Of a DNA stretch of 26,154 nt, positions 1 to 9,800 are shown piece by piece. Each line of letters begins with the position of its first letter. Within the stretch, counting starts at the first letter, position 1. The notes beneath the pieces were generated by a model, which saw only the letters and a program-made list of their open reading frames with translations, was not told the origin of the DNA and searched no databases. Position numbers and translations under genes: made by a program. This DNA is from a virus. Lineage: Duplodnaviria > Caudoviricetes. Location: the IMG/VR virus record IMGVR_UViG_3300028586_000768, positions 1 through 26,154 of that record, one strand, 5' to 3'.

Positions 1-42
1 TTAGCGCAACCGGTTGACCAGCTGCGCGACTATGCTCACCCG

Positions 43-204
43 ATGATAAAGCGACGAGACAAGCTTACGGCCATCTACGTCAATCTGGCCATCAACATGC
101 TGGATCGATTCGGCGCGGCGCCGGCAGCCCGGTTCCTGTTTGAACAGGGTGTGAATTTCGAAGTCGCCCATCGTGTTTTGCTCAGGCCCGCTATGCGCCG
201 CTAA
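43..204 (+). CDS. Small hypothetical protein (53 aa, MIKRRDKLTAIYVNLAINMLDRFG...RVLLRPAMRR)
   Basis: Hand-translated ORF, ATG 43 to TAA 204, below the ORF-track cutoff; a -10-like TATGCT at 31-36 lies 6 nt upstream (possibly leaderless); overlaps the convergent 191..481 gene by 14 nt. Confidence 0.55.
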   Translation: MIKRRDKLTAIYVNLAINMLDRFGAAPAARFLFEQGVNFEVAHRVLLRPAMRR

Positions 205-481
205 TCTGCACTGCCCACTCCTGGGCCCATTCTGCCCCGTCGCTGCCGCGCTCCAGCCCCTTGAACAGCATTCGACTCGAACCAAGTGTCGTGAGCTGGG
301 CCTCGAAGAGTTTCGGGATCATCGGCTGCATCGTCGAATCGTTGCGATCGGTAAGCTGCAGCTCGTAGATGCCACCGACGTTCGCGAGCGTCAAAACCCC
401 TGCAGCGCCGGAATCCGCCTGGATGTCCCGCGAATGTCTACGCTTGCCCCGCTCCCGCAATCTCTTAACAATACTGTACAT
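191..481 (-). CDS. Hypothetical protein (96 aa), probably SOS-regulated
   Basis: ORF with protein-like composition; ATG lies inside a LexA box just downstream of a TATACT -10. Confidence 0.7.
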   Translation of the reverse strand: MYSIVKRLRERGKRRHSRDIQADSGAAGVLTLANVGGIYELQLTDRNDSTMQPMIPKLFEAQLTTLGSSRMLFKGLERGSDGAEWAQEWAVQISGA

Positions 482-491
482 CCATACAGTA
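472..491. promoter_or_regulatory. LexA (SOS) box
   Basis: TACTGTACATCCATACAGTA = taCTGT-N8-ACAGta, the beta/gammaproteobacterial LexA consensus. Confidence 0.85.
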
Positions 492-518
492 TATCGCTGT
501 ATAGTATTAACTTGTCAA
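488..518 (-). promoter_or_regulatory. Sigma70-type promoter for the 191..481 gene
   Basis: - strand TTGACA (518-513) and TATACT (493-488); the 19-nt spacer is longer than optimal; the -10 overlaps the LexA box. Confidence 0.5.
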
Positions 519-550
519 ATGTCATTCCAACAGGTGCGAGGACACTACAG

Positions 551-850
551 ATGAGTTACATGGATGAGTTATTGGATATGGATGAGGCGCTCCGTGAGGC
601 GGCACCAGAAGCAGTGGGCCGGTACCGCGAGCGCGGGATTTTGACATGGTCTCTGCTCCACCAGATCGAGGACGAGATCCTTGACGCATTGGCCGCGACC
701 GGAGAGTACAGCGATACTGCACTTCGGATGATCCGCTCAGCGGCCGTGATGAACTATCCGAAGGACGAGCGCCCGGTATCGTTTGGAGGTGCAGAGCTCA
801 TCCCGGTCGTCTTTAGCGAAATTGAGCGCGCCTGGAAGCGCGTTCACTAG
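551..850 (+). CDS. Hypothetical protein, DUF2471-like (99 aa)
   Basis: ATG 551 with GAGGA RBS at 538-542; GRYRERGILTWSLLHQIE...YPKDERPVSF resembles my recollection of DUF2471. The ORF-track extension to 173 overlaps the opposite gene and is unlikely. Confidence 0.65.
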   Translation: MSYMDELLDMDEALREAAPEAVGRYRERGILTWSLLHQIEDEILDALAATGEYSDTALRMIRSAAVMNYPKDERPVSFGGAELIPVVFSEIERAWKRVH

Positions 851-857
851 TACCTGC

Positions 858-2027
858 TCAGCCGAGCATGGCGACGTCGCAGCGGTGTCGCTCGACTTCG
901 CCGTGCTCCCGGTGCAACACGATCAGCCGCATGTCGCGGCCCGCGCGGTAACCCTGCCCTGCGTGCCATGCATCGCGCGCCGCCAGGGTGCGGAAGTATT
1001 CGACAACGCCACCCCGATATTCCTTCACGTCCTGGTGATGGACGTGACCGACGTAGACGTAACGGTGCGCCGTGGCGCCCCAGTCTTCGGGCCGATCGGC
1101 TGCCATCACCGGGATCATGTCCGCGCCTTTGACGGTGTCACCATGCGTTGAACCGATCAGCACCTTGCCGAAGCGGCAGTACCACATCGTTGCCGGCGAG
1201 AGGTCGACCTCGATGCGTGGCTCGTTGTGGAAGTAGCAGGACAACATGAGGGCCAGAGCATAGGACGAGTGCCCGTCATGGTTGCCGCGGTTGATCCGCA
1301 CAATCACGCGCTCATGCCGCTCGAGCAGACGGCGGGCGCAGTGAATCATCGCTCGCAGGCCGACCCGCTGCACCTTCGACCAACGTCCATCGACGTCGAG
1401 TTGGTGACCAGACTGGCTCTGATTTTTCTGATTATCGGCGTGGAACATGTCACCGAGGTTCAGCAACAGCGCAGTGTGCGCCGCCGGCGCGCTGGCCACC
1501 AACCGGTCGACGGCGCCACAGGTCAGCGCCTCCGCCTTCTTCAGGTCGAAATCCTCGCCCGCGTCCTGCCACCAGGCGTGCATGCCGAAGTGCGGGTCAC
1601 CCATGGGATACACGCACATCAGGTCTTCATTGCAGCGAGCGGGCGGATCCGTCATGGGTGCGAGGCCTTTCACCTCCTCCGCCAGGCCGGCGGCGAACTC
1701 GCGCAGCAGCTCGGCCTGTCGCTCGGCGTCAGGAGTCCCGATCACCCACTGTTGCCCGATGGAGCCATCCGCCTTGTAGTTCGTACTGACCCGCGCGAGC
1801 TTGAAGCCGTCTGGAACGGTGCGAGTCATCGCATGATCTGGCGAATAGCCCCGTGCCGCCGCCGAGGCCTTCAACCGCGACATCGACTCTTGCACGGCAT
1901 TTTTTGCTACGCCGAGCTTCTTGGCCGCGGCGCGCATGCTACCGGCCGAGTTGATTGCGTCAATGTACTCAAGCTGACGGACGGTGGCGAACTCGGTCAG
2001 GCGCGTGTCAATTTGGGTTTTGCTCAT
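858..2027 (-). CDS. Calcineurin-like metallophosphoesterase with N-terminal HTH
   Basis: Motifs GDPHFG, LGDMFH, GNHD, THGD, GHVHH; N-terminal GSMRAAAKKLGVAKNAVQ is HTH-like; TAAGGA RBS before ATG 2027. Confidence 0.85.
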   Translation of the reverse strand: MSKTQIDTRLTEFATVRQLEYIDAINSAGSMRAAAKKLGVAKNAVQESMSRLKASAAARGYSPDHAMTRTVPDGFKLARVSTNYKADGSIGQQWVIGTPDAERQAELLREFAAGLAEEVKGLAPMTDPPARCNEDLMCVYPMGDPHFGMHAWWQDAGEDFDLKKAEALTCGAVDRLVASAPAAHTALLLNLGDMFHADNQKNQSQSGHQLDVDGRWSKVQRVGLRAMIHCARRLLERHERVIVRINRGNHDGHSSYALALMLSCYFHNEPRIEVDLSPATMWYCRFGKVLIGSTHGDTVKGADMIPVMAADRPEDWGATAHRYVYVGHVHHQDVKEYRGGVVEYFRTLAARDAWHAGQGYRAGRDMRLIVLHREHGEVERHRCDVAMLG

Positions 2028-2035
2028 GCGATTCC

Positions 2036-2278
2036 TTACTTGGGCCAGGCTTGTACTGTCTTGGAATGGCGGGCGGCACATTCGGCGTATTGGCGGAGCA
2101 GCTCAATTACCCAGGCTTGCCAAGCGTCGTAGTCCGCTGCAGTCGGTCGCTCCACCGGAGCGCACGGTGCCGCCAGGGCGCTATCGAGGGATGCCCTGAT
2201 TGGCGGCGTCGATGGCGGCGTCGAGGTTGCGCACCCGGACAACATCAGGGCGACAATCAGCAGGGAGAGGCTTCGCAT
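2036..2278 (-). CDS. Outer-membrane spanin (Rz1-like lipoprotein)
   Basis: Signal peptide with lipobox LSGC, Pro-rich; overlaps the 3' end of the i-spanin in another frame. Confidence 0.8.
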   Translation of the reverse strand: MRSLSLLIVALMLSGCATSTPPSTPPIRASLDSALAAPCAPVERPTAADYDAWQAWVIELLRQYAECAARHSKTVQAWPK

Positions 2279-2567
2279 TTCGTAGTTCCTTGGTCAGCGC
2301 CGTCATCTTTGGCGCCAGGGTGGATTGGATGGCGCCGAACTCGGTCGCCGCCTTATGGATCGCGGCGGCGTCGGCCTGCAGCATGGTGAGTGCAGCGCGT
2401 GCCTGGTCAGCGCGCTCCTGAGCGTGCGCGCGCTGCAGCTCCGCGATCACGGCATCTTTCCGCCAGCCGTTGAAGAACCAGCCTGCGGCACCTGATCCGG
2501 CTAGGCCCAGTGCGATGATTACGGCACCGGCTAAGAATCGTGTGGGGGACGGGATAACGTCAATCAT
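2181..2567 (-). CDS. Inner-membrane spanin (Rz-like)
   Basis: N-terminal TM segment, Ala-rich helical periplasmic part, C-terminal Cys; directly after the endolysin with ATGA overlap. Confidence 0.8.
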   Translation of the reverse strand: MIDVIPSPTRFLAGAVIIALGLAGSGAAGWFFNGWRKDAVIAELQRAHAQERADQARAALTMLQADAAAIHKAATEFGAIQSTLAPKMTALTKELRNAKPLPADCRPDVVRVRNLDAAIDAANQGIPR

Positions 2568-3052
2568 GGGAGTCCTTTCAGGCAGATTTCACGCTCAGCC
2601 TGGCGGCGTCGCGTCAGGCCGCGCACTTCTTTGCCGCCTACCTTGTTCCACATGAGCAGCGCATCGCAGGATCCTCGCATGTCGCCGGCATTCGCCCGGC
2701 GGGCCATGCTCGAGCCGCAGAATGCGGACACGCCAATGTTGTAGGCCGCGTCTACGAAGGCCACCTTCTGGCCATCGGAGAGGCGCGCCATCGGTACGCA
2801 CATGGCGATGCCGGCAGCGTGCCGCTCCAGGTCGCGGTCGAGCTGTGCGTCGCACTCCGCAGCGGTATAGCGCTTGCCCCACATCGCGTTCTCCGTGGCG
2901 CCGTCGCAGTACGTCAGGACGCCGCCGATGTCGCGGTAGGTGACCAGCTCGCGCCCTTCCCATGCGGGAGTCGTGGCGAACAGCGCCGCGGCCGCCAGAG
3001 CTCCAACGATGCCAACCAGGCCGTGCCGTTGGGTTGTTGCGCCGTTACCCAT
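2564..3052 (-). CDS. Endolysin, GH24 lysozyme, probable SAR type
   Basis: E-X8-D-X5-T triad (WEGRELVTYRDIGGVLT), AYNIG, GLTRRRQAE; Gly/Ala-rich hydrophobic N-terminus. Confidence 0.93.
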   Translation of the reverse strand: MGNGATTQRHGLVGIVGALAAAALFATTPAWEGRELVTYRDIGGVLTYCDGATENAMWGKRYTAAECDAQLDRDLERHAAGIAMCVPMARLSDGQKVAFVDAAYNIGVSAFCGSSMARRANAGDMRGSCDALLMWNKVGGKEVRGLTRRRQAEREICLKGLP

Positions 3053-3257
3053 TGCCGGTCACCGATGGTTGCGCCACGACGCGCGCGATCGCGGCGCCAA
3101 GCGATGTCATGCCAGCGGCGATCACCAGTATGGGCGCGGTGCCACTGGCGTACAGGTGCATCCCCGCCTCGACCGCCGAGGCGATGGCTGCCAGCAGGGC
3201 AAAGCGTACCGACCAGAGTTTCGGGAACTGCGCACGTGCATCTTCGATGAATTTCAC
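3045..3257 (-). CDS. Putative holin (70 aa, 2 TM)
   Basis: Two hydrophobic segments, KLWSVR N-terminal motif, overlaps the endolysin start. Confidence 0.75.
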   Translation of the reverse strand: MKFIEDARAQFPKLWSVRFALLAAIASAVEAGMHLYASGTAPILVIAAGMTSLGAAIARVVAQPSVTGNG

Positions 3258-3333
3258 GGTGTGTCCTTTCAGGTTAGGCGCCGGCGCGCGGCCGGCGCAT
3301 ACACGATGGCCATGTGGAGTAAGCAGAGCGGGC

Positions 3334-3678
3334 TTATTTGTTCACTGTCGTCACGAAGGCCTGCCACAGGGCGACGCCCAGCCACCCAAATGCCGCCAGC
3401 ATGCCGGCCTGAGCAACCTTCATCAGCGCCTCGCGCACCATCTTGTTGCGCAGCTCGCGCCATTCGATTACCGACTCGTGATACCTGCGGTGGCCGTCAA
3501 CGTCGTCTGCAGGGAAGCCGGACAGCAGGCGCTTGTTGGTCGCCTCGAGGTGCGCAACCTTGACGTTCAGCGCTTCGAAGTTCGCCATCAGGTCCAGCTG
3601 GTTGTCGCGCACTTCGCTGAGCAGCTGCACGAGCGACGGGCCGCCCAGGCGGGCGGCGTCTTGTTGCCATGAGTTCAT
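3334..3678 (-). CDS. Phage membrane protein (coiled coil plus C-terminal TM), possible holin/antiholin
   Basis: AAGGAA RBS; C-terminal hydrophobic AGMLAAFGWLGVALWQAF; first gene of the lysis cassette. Confidence 0.65.
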   Translation of the reverse strand: MNSWQQDAARLGGPSLVQLLSEVRDNQLDLMANFEALNVKVAHLEATNKRLLSGFPADDVDGHRRYHESVIEWRELRNKMVREALMKVAQAGMLAAFGWLGVALWQAFVTTVNK

Positions 3679-3699
3679 GGAGTTCCTTGGGTTGAGGCG

Positions 3700-3723
3700 A
3701 AAAAATGCCCGCTCGAGGCGGGC
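3700..3723 (-). terminator. Intrinsic terminator between tail and lysis genes
   Basis: - strand GCCCGC-CTCGA-GCGGGC-ATTTTTT. Confidence 0.7.
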
Positions 3724-3747
3724 TGTCTGGGTGAATGGAGGGCGCGG

Positions 3748-4374
3748 TCAGGCGGCGAACCGGCCTGAGTAGTCAAGGCCGATCTGCGGCATCTCGGCTA
3801 CGAGCTCTGCGACGGTCGGCTGGGCGCGCTCGCCGGCCTTCACCGCATCGCGGATCTCCTCGCCCTTGGCATAGCACAGCGAGCGCCACTCCAGGGCGGC
3901 CTGGCCCTCGGTTCGGTAGCGCGCCACCGTCGCCGAGGCGCTCTCCGCCATCGAACTGGCGTAGCTGCACATCGTGACGATGCTGTCGTAGCCGTACGAC
4001 TTGGCCGTCGTGTTTAGTAGCTGGTCGATGCCGGCAATGCCAGCGGCGATGATTTCCATCTCGGTCGGCTCGCGAACGACTGGCGTGACTTCGCGCACCG
4101 TGCCGATCGCGATGTGCGGCATACCGGTGTCCACGTTCGGGTCGCGCGCGGCGTGCATCGCCGCGAACCACTCAATCGGGCATGCCCGCATGATCAGCTC
4201 GTGCAGCGCGTCGCCGGCGGGAATCGGAACCGGTAGCGAGATCGCGTAATCAGTCCTTGCGCGGCCGACGTCGACCATGAGCTCCGATTCAGGCAGTTTG
4301 TCGCTGAAGAAGCGCACGCTGATCTGCAGGTCGCTCGGGTCGCTTTCGATGATCTTGTAGAAGATTTTGGTCAT
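3748..4374 (-). CDS. Tail fibre assembly-like protein (208 aa)
   Basis: Start MTKIFYK with ATGA overlap and AGGGAG RBS; C-terminal AKSYGYDSI..CSYA..EGQAALEWRS..PTVAELVAEMP resembles fibre-associated chaperones; position after fibre genes. Confidence 0.65.
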   Translation of the reverse strand: MTKIFYKIIESDPSDLQISVRFFSDKLPESELMVDVGRARTDYAISLPVPIPAGDALHELIMRACPIEWFAAMHAARDPNVDTGMPHIAIGTVREVTPVVREPTEMEIIAAGIAGIDQLLNTTAKSYGYDSIVTMCSYASSMAESASATVARYRTEGQAALEWRSLCYAKGEEIRDAVKAGERAQPTVAELVAEMPQIGLDYSGRFAA

Positions 4375-5267
4375 ACAGTGCTCCCTACGATGGTGCCAGT
4401 TTGAACAAATTTGATATTGGCCGTACCGTTCACGGCGTAGCCGCGCGTGCCTGCCGAGCCGTCGCTGCCGTAGCGGGTCGTGCCACGACTGCCGTTTGGC
4501 CCGCCGGCGCCGCCGCTCCAATTCGTCGCGTTTTGGCCTGACGGAGGAACCACGCCGCCCGGTTGCTGGCCGGCAGTGCCTGAGCCTTGATAAATGCCGC
4601 CGTCACCGCCCTTGCTGCCGGACGGACCGGTGGTGCCAAACGTGCGACTGCCATTTCGACCGGCACCCCACCCGCCATCACCTCCGTTTTGCGTGCTGAT
4701 ATAGGCGTTGCTTACCGAGTCGCGGAAACTCCTACCGCCGCCCCCGCCGCCGCCGCCGCCACCGCCCGAGCCGCCGCTGCCAACGCCGCCCAGCCCAGCC
4801 GCGCCTCCGTCGCCACCCGAAATCGTGCCTTCGTTCTTCACAATGATTTTTGAGGTGGCGTCGAGTGCTGGTCCGCCTGGCGTGCCGCTTCCTCCATCTG
4901 TCGCACTGCCCGCGCCACCGGTCCCGCCGCTACTGCCGCTCTGGCCAGACGGCGTGCCTCCCGATCCACCCGCACCGCCAGCGCCGCTTGTACCGGAGTT
5001 GCCGCTACTGCCGGTCCCATGCACACCGGAGATACCCACGCCACCCTTTACGGTTCCCTTGTTGAGAAGATGAAGAAGCGACCCTGGCGCCCAGCCGGCA
5101 CCAGTAGTCAGCGCCGGCGTCGCAGTGCTGTTCGAGCTGACGGTGCCCTCGACCAGGCAGCGCAACCACACCGGCCCGCGGATGTTGCCGGCGGCGGTGC
5201 GCATGTTGTAGTTGCTCGTCGTACCCGGCCTGAGCGTGACGGGGCGCGGCAGGACGATCGGGATCAT
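4371..5267 (-). CDS. Glycine-rich tail fibre/tip protein
   Basis: Long GGxG and poly-Gly tracts; coupled to both neighbours; in the tail module. Confidence 0.7.
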   Translation of the reverse strand: MIPIVLPRPVTLRPGTTSNYNMRTAAGNIRGPVWLRCLVEGTVSSNSTATPALTTGAGWAPGSLLHLLNKGTVKGGVGISGVHGTGSSGNSGTSGAGGAGGSGGTPSGQSGSSGGTGGAGSATDGGSGTPGGPALDATSKIIVKNEGTISGGDGGAAGLGGVGSGGSGGGGGGGGGGGRSFRDSVSNAYISTQNGGDGGWGAGRNGSRTFGTTGPSGSKGGDGGIYQGSGTAGQQPGGVVPPSGQNATNWSGGAGGPNGSRGTTRYGSDGSAGTRGYAVNGTANIKFVQTGTIVGSTV

Positions 5268-5971
5268 CGCGTGTACCCCGGGAGGTAGGAGGCGAACAAG
5301 TTGGTGCCGTCGCAGATGAACGAAAACATAGTGCGGCGGTTAGCACCCAGGTCGATCTGTGGCTGGATGTCGTCGGGGAAGACGAAGACCGGGTTGAAGT
5401 CCAGCGTCCGGCTACCTGTCGCATCCTGCTTCACGAACATGACGTAGTTGCCCGGAGTGAGGTTGCTTGGCGCGCCCATGGTGCGATTTCCCACCAAAGT
5501 CAGCGTCGGGACTTGGGTCACGCTGGCATCCCACGCGATCGGCGTCGCCGACGAGCCGGTGTCAACCAGGTTGCCGGCCGCCGGCGGGACAACCGAGATG
5601 TTCTTCCAGTTTGTGGTATCCAGCTCTGGTCGCGTGGTACTGGTACTTGCCGCCGTCCGTTTCCGGTAGGTATAAAGCGAGATCGGGTCGACAACTGGGG
5701 CACCCAGGGCATAGGACTGCCCTGACACCCACAGCGCGGCGCCCGCAGCCTGCGCCGCGCTGGCGGCAGCGGCGGCCGACTGATTGGCCGCCAGTGCCAG
5801 GGCATTCACGTCCACGGCCAGCGCGTTGGCCTGGTCGGAGAATTCGTCGATGCTGACCTGCAAGGGCTGCATCTTGCCCATCATGTCATCGGCCTGATCT
5901 TCGAAGTTCGGGTCGTCGCGGCTCGGCGACACACCCAGCTTCGGGAGTACTACGGTAATTTGTGCTGGCAT
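5264..5971 (-). CDS. Minor tail/fibre protein (235 aa)
   Basis: Coupled ORF; N-terminal PSRDDPNF, Ala-rich helix, WVSGQSYALG motif and C-terminal VKQDATGSRTL beta domain typical of fibre proteins. Confidence 0.7.
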   Translation of the reverse strand: MPAQITVVLPKLGVSPSRDDPNFEDQADDMMGKMQPLQVSIDEFSDQANALAVDVNALALAANQSAAAAASAAQAAGAALWVSGQSYALGAPVVDPISLYTYRKRTAASTSTTRPELDTTNWKNISVVPPAAGNLVDTGSSATPIAWDASVTQVPTLTLVGNRTMGAPSNLTPGNYVMFVKQDATGSRTLDFNPVFVFPDDIQPQIDLGANRRTMFSFICDGTNLFASYLPGYTR

Positions 5972-6888
5972 CAGGTCAGCTCCTGAATTTGAAGATTGAG
6001 GAACGAGCCGCCGGGCCCGCTTATGACGATTTGGAAGTCTTGGACGAACCCGAAGAGGTTGAGCACACCGAACTTCGGACTACCGAGCCATGCTCGAGGT
6101 GACGACTTAGCCAGCGTCAGCAGCCGGAGAACCTCTTCGATCTGGTCATTCCGGACGAAGAGGTCACACTCGACCACCCGCACCGCACGGCGCGGGACAA
6201 ATTGGATGGTCCCCCACTGGTCTGGCTCGACGCTCGAATAGTCGATGGTGCGCACGCTCGGCTTCCACTGCATGAGGCCAAGGAAATTGGCACGGCCGAT
6301 TTGCAACTCGCCCACCCTCGGGATGTTTCGAGGCCAAGAGACGATGACCTCGATCACGGCATTCCGGTATGTGGGTAGGCCGGTGAACGAAACATCGCGC
6401 CGGAACGAAACGGCCTTCGTGAACCACTCGGTCCAGCTGCGGCAGTTGCGCAGCCGCAGATTCTGCGTCACGTCGTACTTCACCACGCCGTTGACCGTCA
6501 CCCGAACCCGCACACTGGATGCGAAGACAGCGAACAGCGCCACCGAGTCCACGCGCGTTCCTGGGGTAAAGGTCCATGACATCACCTCCCCGCTCGCGAC
6601 GCTGGCCGTGTTCATCACGGAGTCGAACGCCGCGTGCAGGTTGGTCGGCCGCACCAAGAACCACTTCGCCCCAGTACCGGCCAGATTGTTTTCCGGATAG
6701 TCGGCTGCTGCAGAACTCGCCGTGTGCGCGGTGACGCACTCGTAGATCCTATGGTTCGGTCGGCGGACGCGCTGGCCCTTCGCCTGCGCGCCAGCAGCCC
6801 AGAGCGGTGCGTCGCCGCTGTCGGTTTCGGACAGGGACGACGCCGTCAGGATCGCGTCAGTGATGGGAATTGGCGCGATCTCATTCAT
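5971..6888 (-). CDS. Tail-tip protein following the tape measure (distal-tail-like, 305 aa)
   Basis: ATGA overlap with the TMP stop; beta-rich; assignment is positional. Confidence 0.65.
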   Translation of the reverse strand: MNEIAPIPITDAILTASSLSETDSGDAPLWAAGAQAKGQRVRRPNHRIYECVTAHTASSAAADYPENNLAGTGAKWFLVRPTNLHAAFDSVMNTASVASGEVMSWTFTPGTRVDSVALFAVFASSVRVRVTVNGVVKYDVTQNLRLRNCRSWTEWFTKAVSFRRDVSFTGLPTYRNAVIEVIVSWPRNIPRVGELQIGRANFLGLMQWKPSVRTIDYSSVEPDQWGTIQFVPRRAVRVVECDLFVRNDQIEEVLRLLTLAKSSPRAWLGSPKFGVLNLFGFVQDFQIVISGPGGSFLNLQIQELT

Positions 6889-9800
6889 GCATTTACCTCC
6901 TCTCTTCGGTCCATCTTTTCTAGGCTGTTCGCGCCGCGGCCGGTGTTCTTGGCTACTTGATACAGCACGGGGAACAGGCCGCCGAATGCGGTGCGCAGAA
7001 CGCGCACCTCCGCCAGCAGAGCCGCATAGTCCTCCGAGGGACGCGCCATGCGGGCAAGCATGCCGCTGGTCTCTGAGGCGTTGAAGATCCGCGCCGGTCC
7101 CGTTGTTTCCAACTCAGGACCGTTCTCGCCGACGACCCGGTACCCGCCACCGAAGAAGCCGCCACCAGCGAAACCAGGGATACCCTTGAGCTGCTTGTAT
7201 TCCAGGCTCTGAAGGATGTCGTTCCGGATCTGCTCGAGCGTTACCCCTTCGGCAAGCCGCGCTTTGTAAAACTCCAGACCGCCAGCGTCGGGCGCACGGC
7301 CCAGCAGCTCCCTGTACAGCTTGGTCAAGGTGCCGCCGGCGCTTGCGACTGGATCCGCCTGTGCGGAGCCGAGTACGCGATCGAAGTCACGCATCACGTC
7401 GACCAACGTCAGCATCGTGGTGTCGAGACCCTTGAGGGCGTTGACTTGCTGCTGGGCGTTGGCCAGGATGTCGTCCAGCCGCTTAATCGACTGCTCCTCG
7501 ACGCTGAGCGTTTTATCGGTCAACCCCGCGAGGTCGGCAATATCGCCCTGCGTTGCGTAGAAGTCGCGCAGGTACTCTTCTTGGGTCGAGAACAGGGACG
7601 CGGAGTCCTTGCCCACGATCGAAAGCGCACCTTTCAGGCTGTCGACGTCAGGCAGCGTGCCGCTGGCCTTGGCGATTGCCAGTGCCGCCGCGATTTGCGC
7701 CTGGGCAGCGGAGCGATCTTGCCGCTCTTGTCCGGACACACTCATGCTATCGAGGGTGCCGCGCAGCGCGTCGGCCAGCGCCTTGTGCTTGTTCGCCACG
7801 TCCTGCAGCAGCGCCTTCTCTCGGCCCACCACGCTTTGCAGTGCGGTGAATGCACTCTCGACACCCGTGACCAGCGCGGCTGCGATCGCCTTCACCTGCT
7901 CGACACCTTTGGCGGCCGCCTGCAAACCCCACAGTTGCTCGGTGGCGGTGCGCAGAGCTGGGTCCAACTCCTTCAAGGCGTTTGCATGCTGCTGTGCGAG
8001 GACGGCAGCGGCGCCTGCTTTATCGCCCGTCAGCTCGTAAATCTGAGCCTGAAGGGTGAGCAGCGAGTTCGCCGCCTCCGCAGCGGCTGCCTCATCCTGC
8101 AAGGCGAAGTACCGCTGGCGCAGCGCGCGCAGGGCCGGATCCATTCCTGCCAACTCCAGCTCACGCGTGATGGCCAGCTGACCTGCTTTGTCGCCCAAGA
8201 GGCCAAGGATCTGCGCCTCCAATTGTCGCTTCGAACCGGCCAGTTCCAGGGCTGCAGCCTCGTCTTGCAGACCGTAGACGCGTTCCAGCAGCGCGTGCAG
8301 GGAGCCGTCTGTTTCCGCCAACTCCAGCGCCCTGGTTGCAGCCAAAGCGCTAACCTTGTCGCCGGTGAGCTCCATGATCTGAATTTCCAGATCACGGCGG
8401 CTGCGTGCCAGTTCGACCTGGTCCTCGAACAGCGCAGCGTCGATATCGGCGATCTGTTTGAACGCCGGCATGATCTGCATCAGGGTGGCGAAGTCCTGGG
8501 CGCCAGCGGCCGTTTCCAGGCGCAGGCTTTTGACCACGTCGCGGAACTGGTCCATCGAGTCGTCGGCACCTGTCTGGATCCCGAACTTGTCCAAGGTCGG
8601 CTGGATGCGCGCGCGGAGCGCATCGGCCCGTTCCTTGTCCGTGTAAAAATCGGACATGAACGAATCGGCACTTTCCTTGAACGCGTCCAGGCCACCGGCC
8701 AGGTCGATCAGGCGCTGCCGCGCTGCGATTGAGCCGACGCCGATCGCATTGAACGACATACCCATAGAATCGGCCACGACGGTCACGGTCTGGTACCCGG
8801 TGGCGATCCGGGTGAGCGTCTCGAGGTAGCCCTCCCCGCTCTTCTGGAAGTCCTTCAGCCCATCAAGCGAGTACAGCGCCAGCTGGTCCCCCACCTTCGA
8901 GAACACAGCCTGAATTTCCTTTTCGATCTCCTCTCCGGACAGCCCCTTCAGGCTGACCATGCCGATATCGACGACGAAGCCGTTGAGCTTGTCCGTGAAG
9001 TCCTTGCCGGCCAGGCCCAGCATGCCGCCTGCCGACTCGACCGCGCCATACAGGGACGTCAGGACCAGCGCGATCTGGCGGTTGCCTTCCTCGCCCAGAC
9101 CTTCGATCTGGGTTCGGTATTTGTCGCTGGAGAACCAGCCGCCCGATTTCTTGGTGTCGGCATACTCGTACGAGTCGACCCAGCCGCGGAAGACGTCGGC
9201 GAACGCAATCGGGTTCATCGAAAAGCCGGTGTCCTCGACGGACGTCTTGCCACCGAAGATCGAGTTCCCCAACTTGCCCCAGAAACCACCGCTGCCCGAC
9301 TCCAGGCCATCGGCGAGCGAACCCTTAATGCCGGTGGTCTGCACGACCAGCGTCGAGAAGTTCGTCAGGTTGCTGTCGATGCTGCGCAGCTGCGAGAGCA
9401 TGTCCGTGCTGACCGACAGACCCTGGAACGTGGCGTTCTCGATCATCTCGAGCGACTTGGCGATCGATTCCGACTTCGCGTCGGAACCGAGCACCGTGCC
9501 GGTGCCCTGCGACTTCTGGCGCGACTCGGACACGCTGACGCCACCGCCGCCGCTGAACGCACCGCCCAGCACGGCCGCGACGGCCACAGCCGCCGCTGCC
9601 GCGCCCCAAGGGCCCATCGCGCTCATGAACGACATGAACACGCCTGGCACCTTGGCGACGTTGCGCGCAGCCTCACCAGCCACCACCGCGCCGGTCTCAA
9701 CTGCCTGGCCCGCCGCCGTGCCCGTCGCCTTCGCTCCCGTGACGAATAGGTGCGTGTAGAGCGATTCCATCTGGCTGGCCAGCTCCATGGCGCGGAAAGC

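Noticed and set aside
1-285. 94-aa - strand ORF at the window edge
   Set aside because: Overlaps two better-supported ORFs (43..204 + and 191..481 -).
173-550. N-terminal extension of the 225-aa + ORF
   Set aside because: Crosses the opposite-strand gene and promoter region; the RBS-supported start is 551.
4708-5073. Poly-proline + strand ORF and CCG repeats
   Set aside because: Reverse complement of the poly-Gly codons of the 4371..5267 tail protein.
3748-6888. Diversity-generating retroelement or invertible fibre cassette
   Set aside because: No reverse transcriptase, invertase or template/variable repeat pair noticed in the window.
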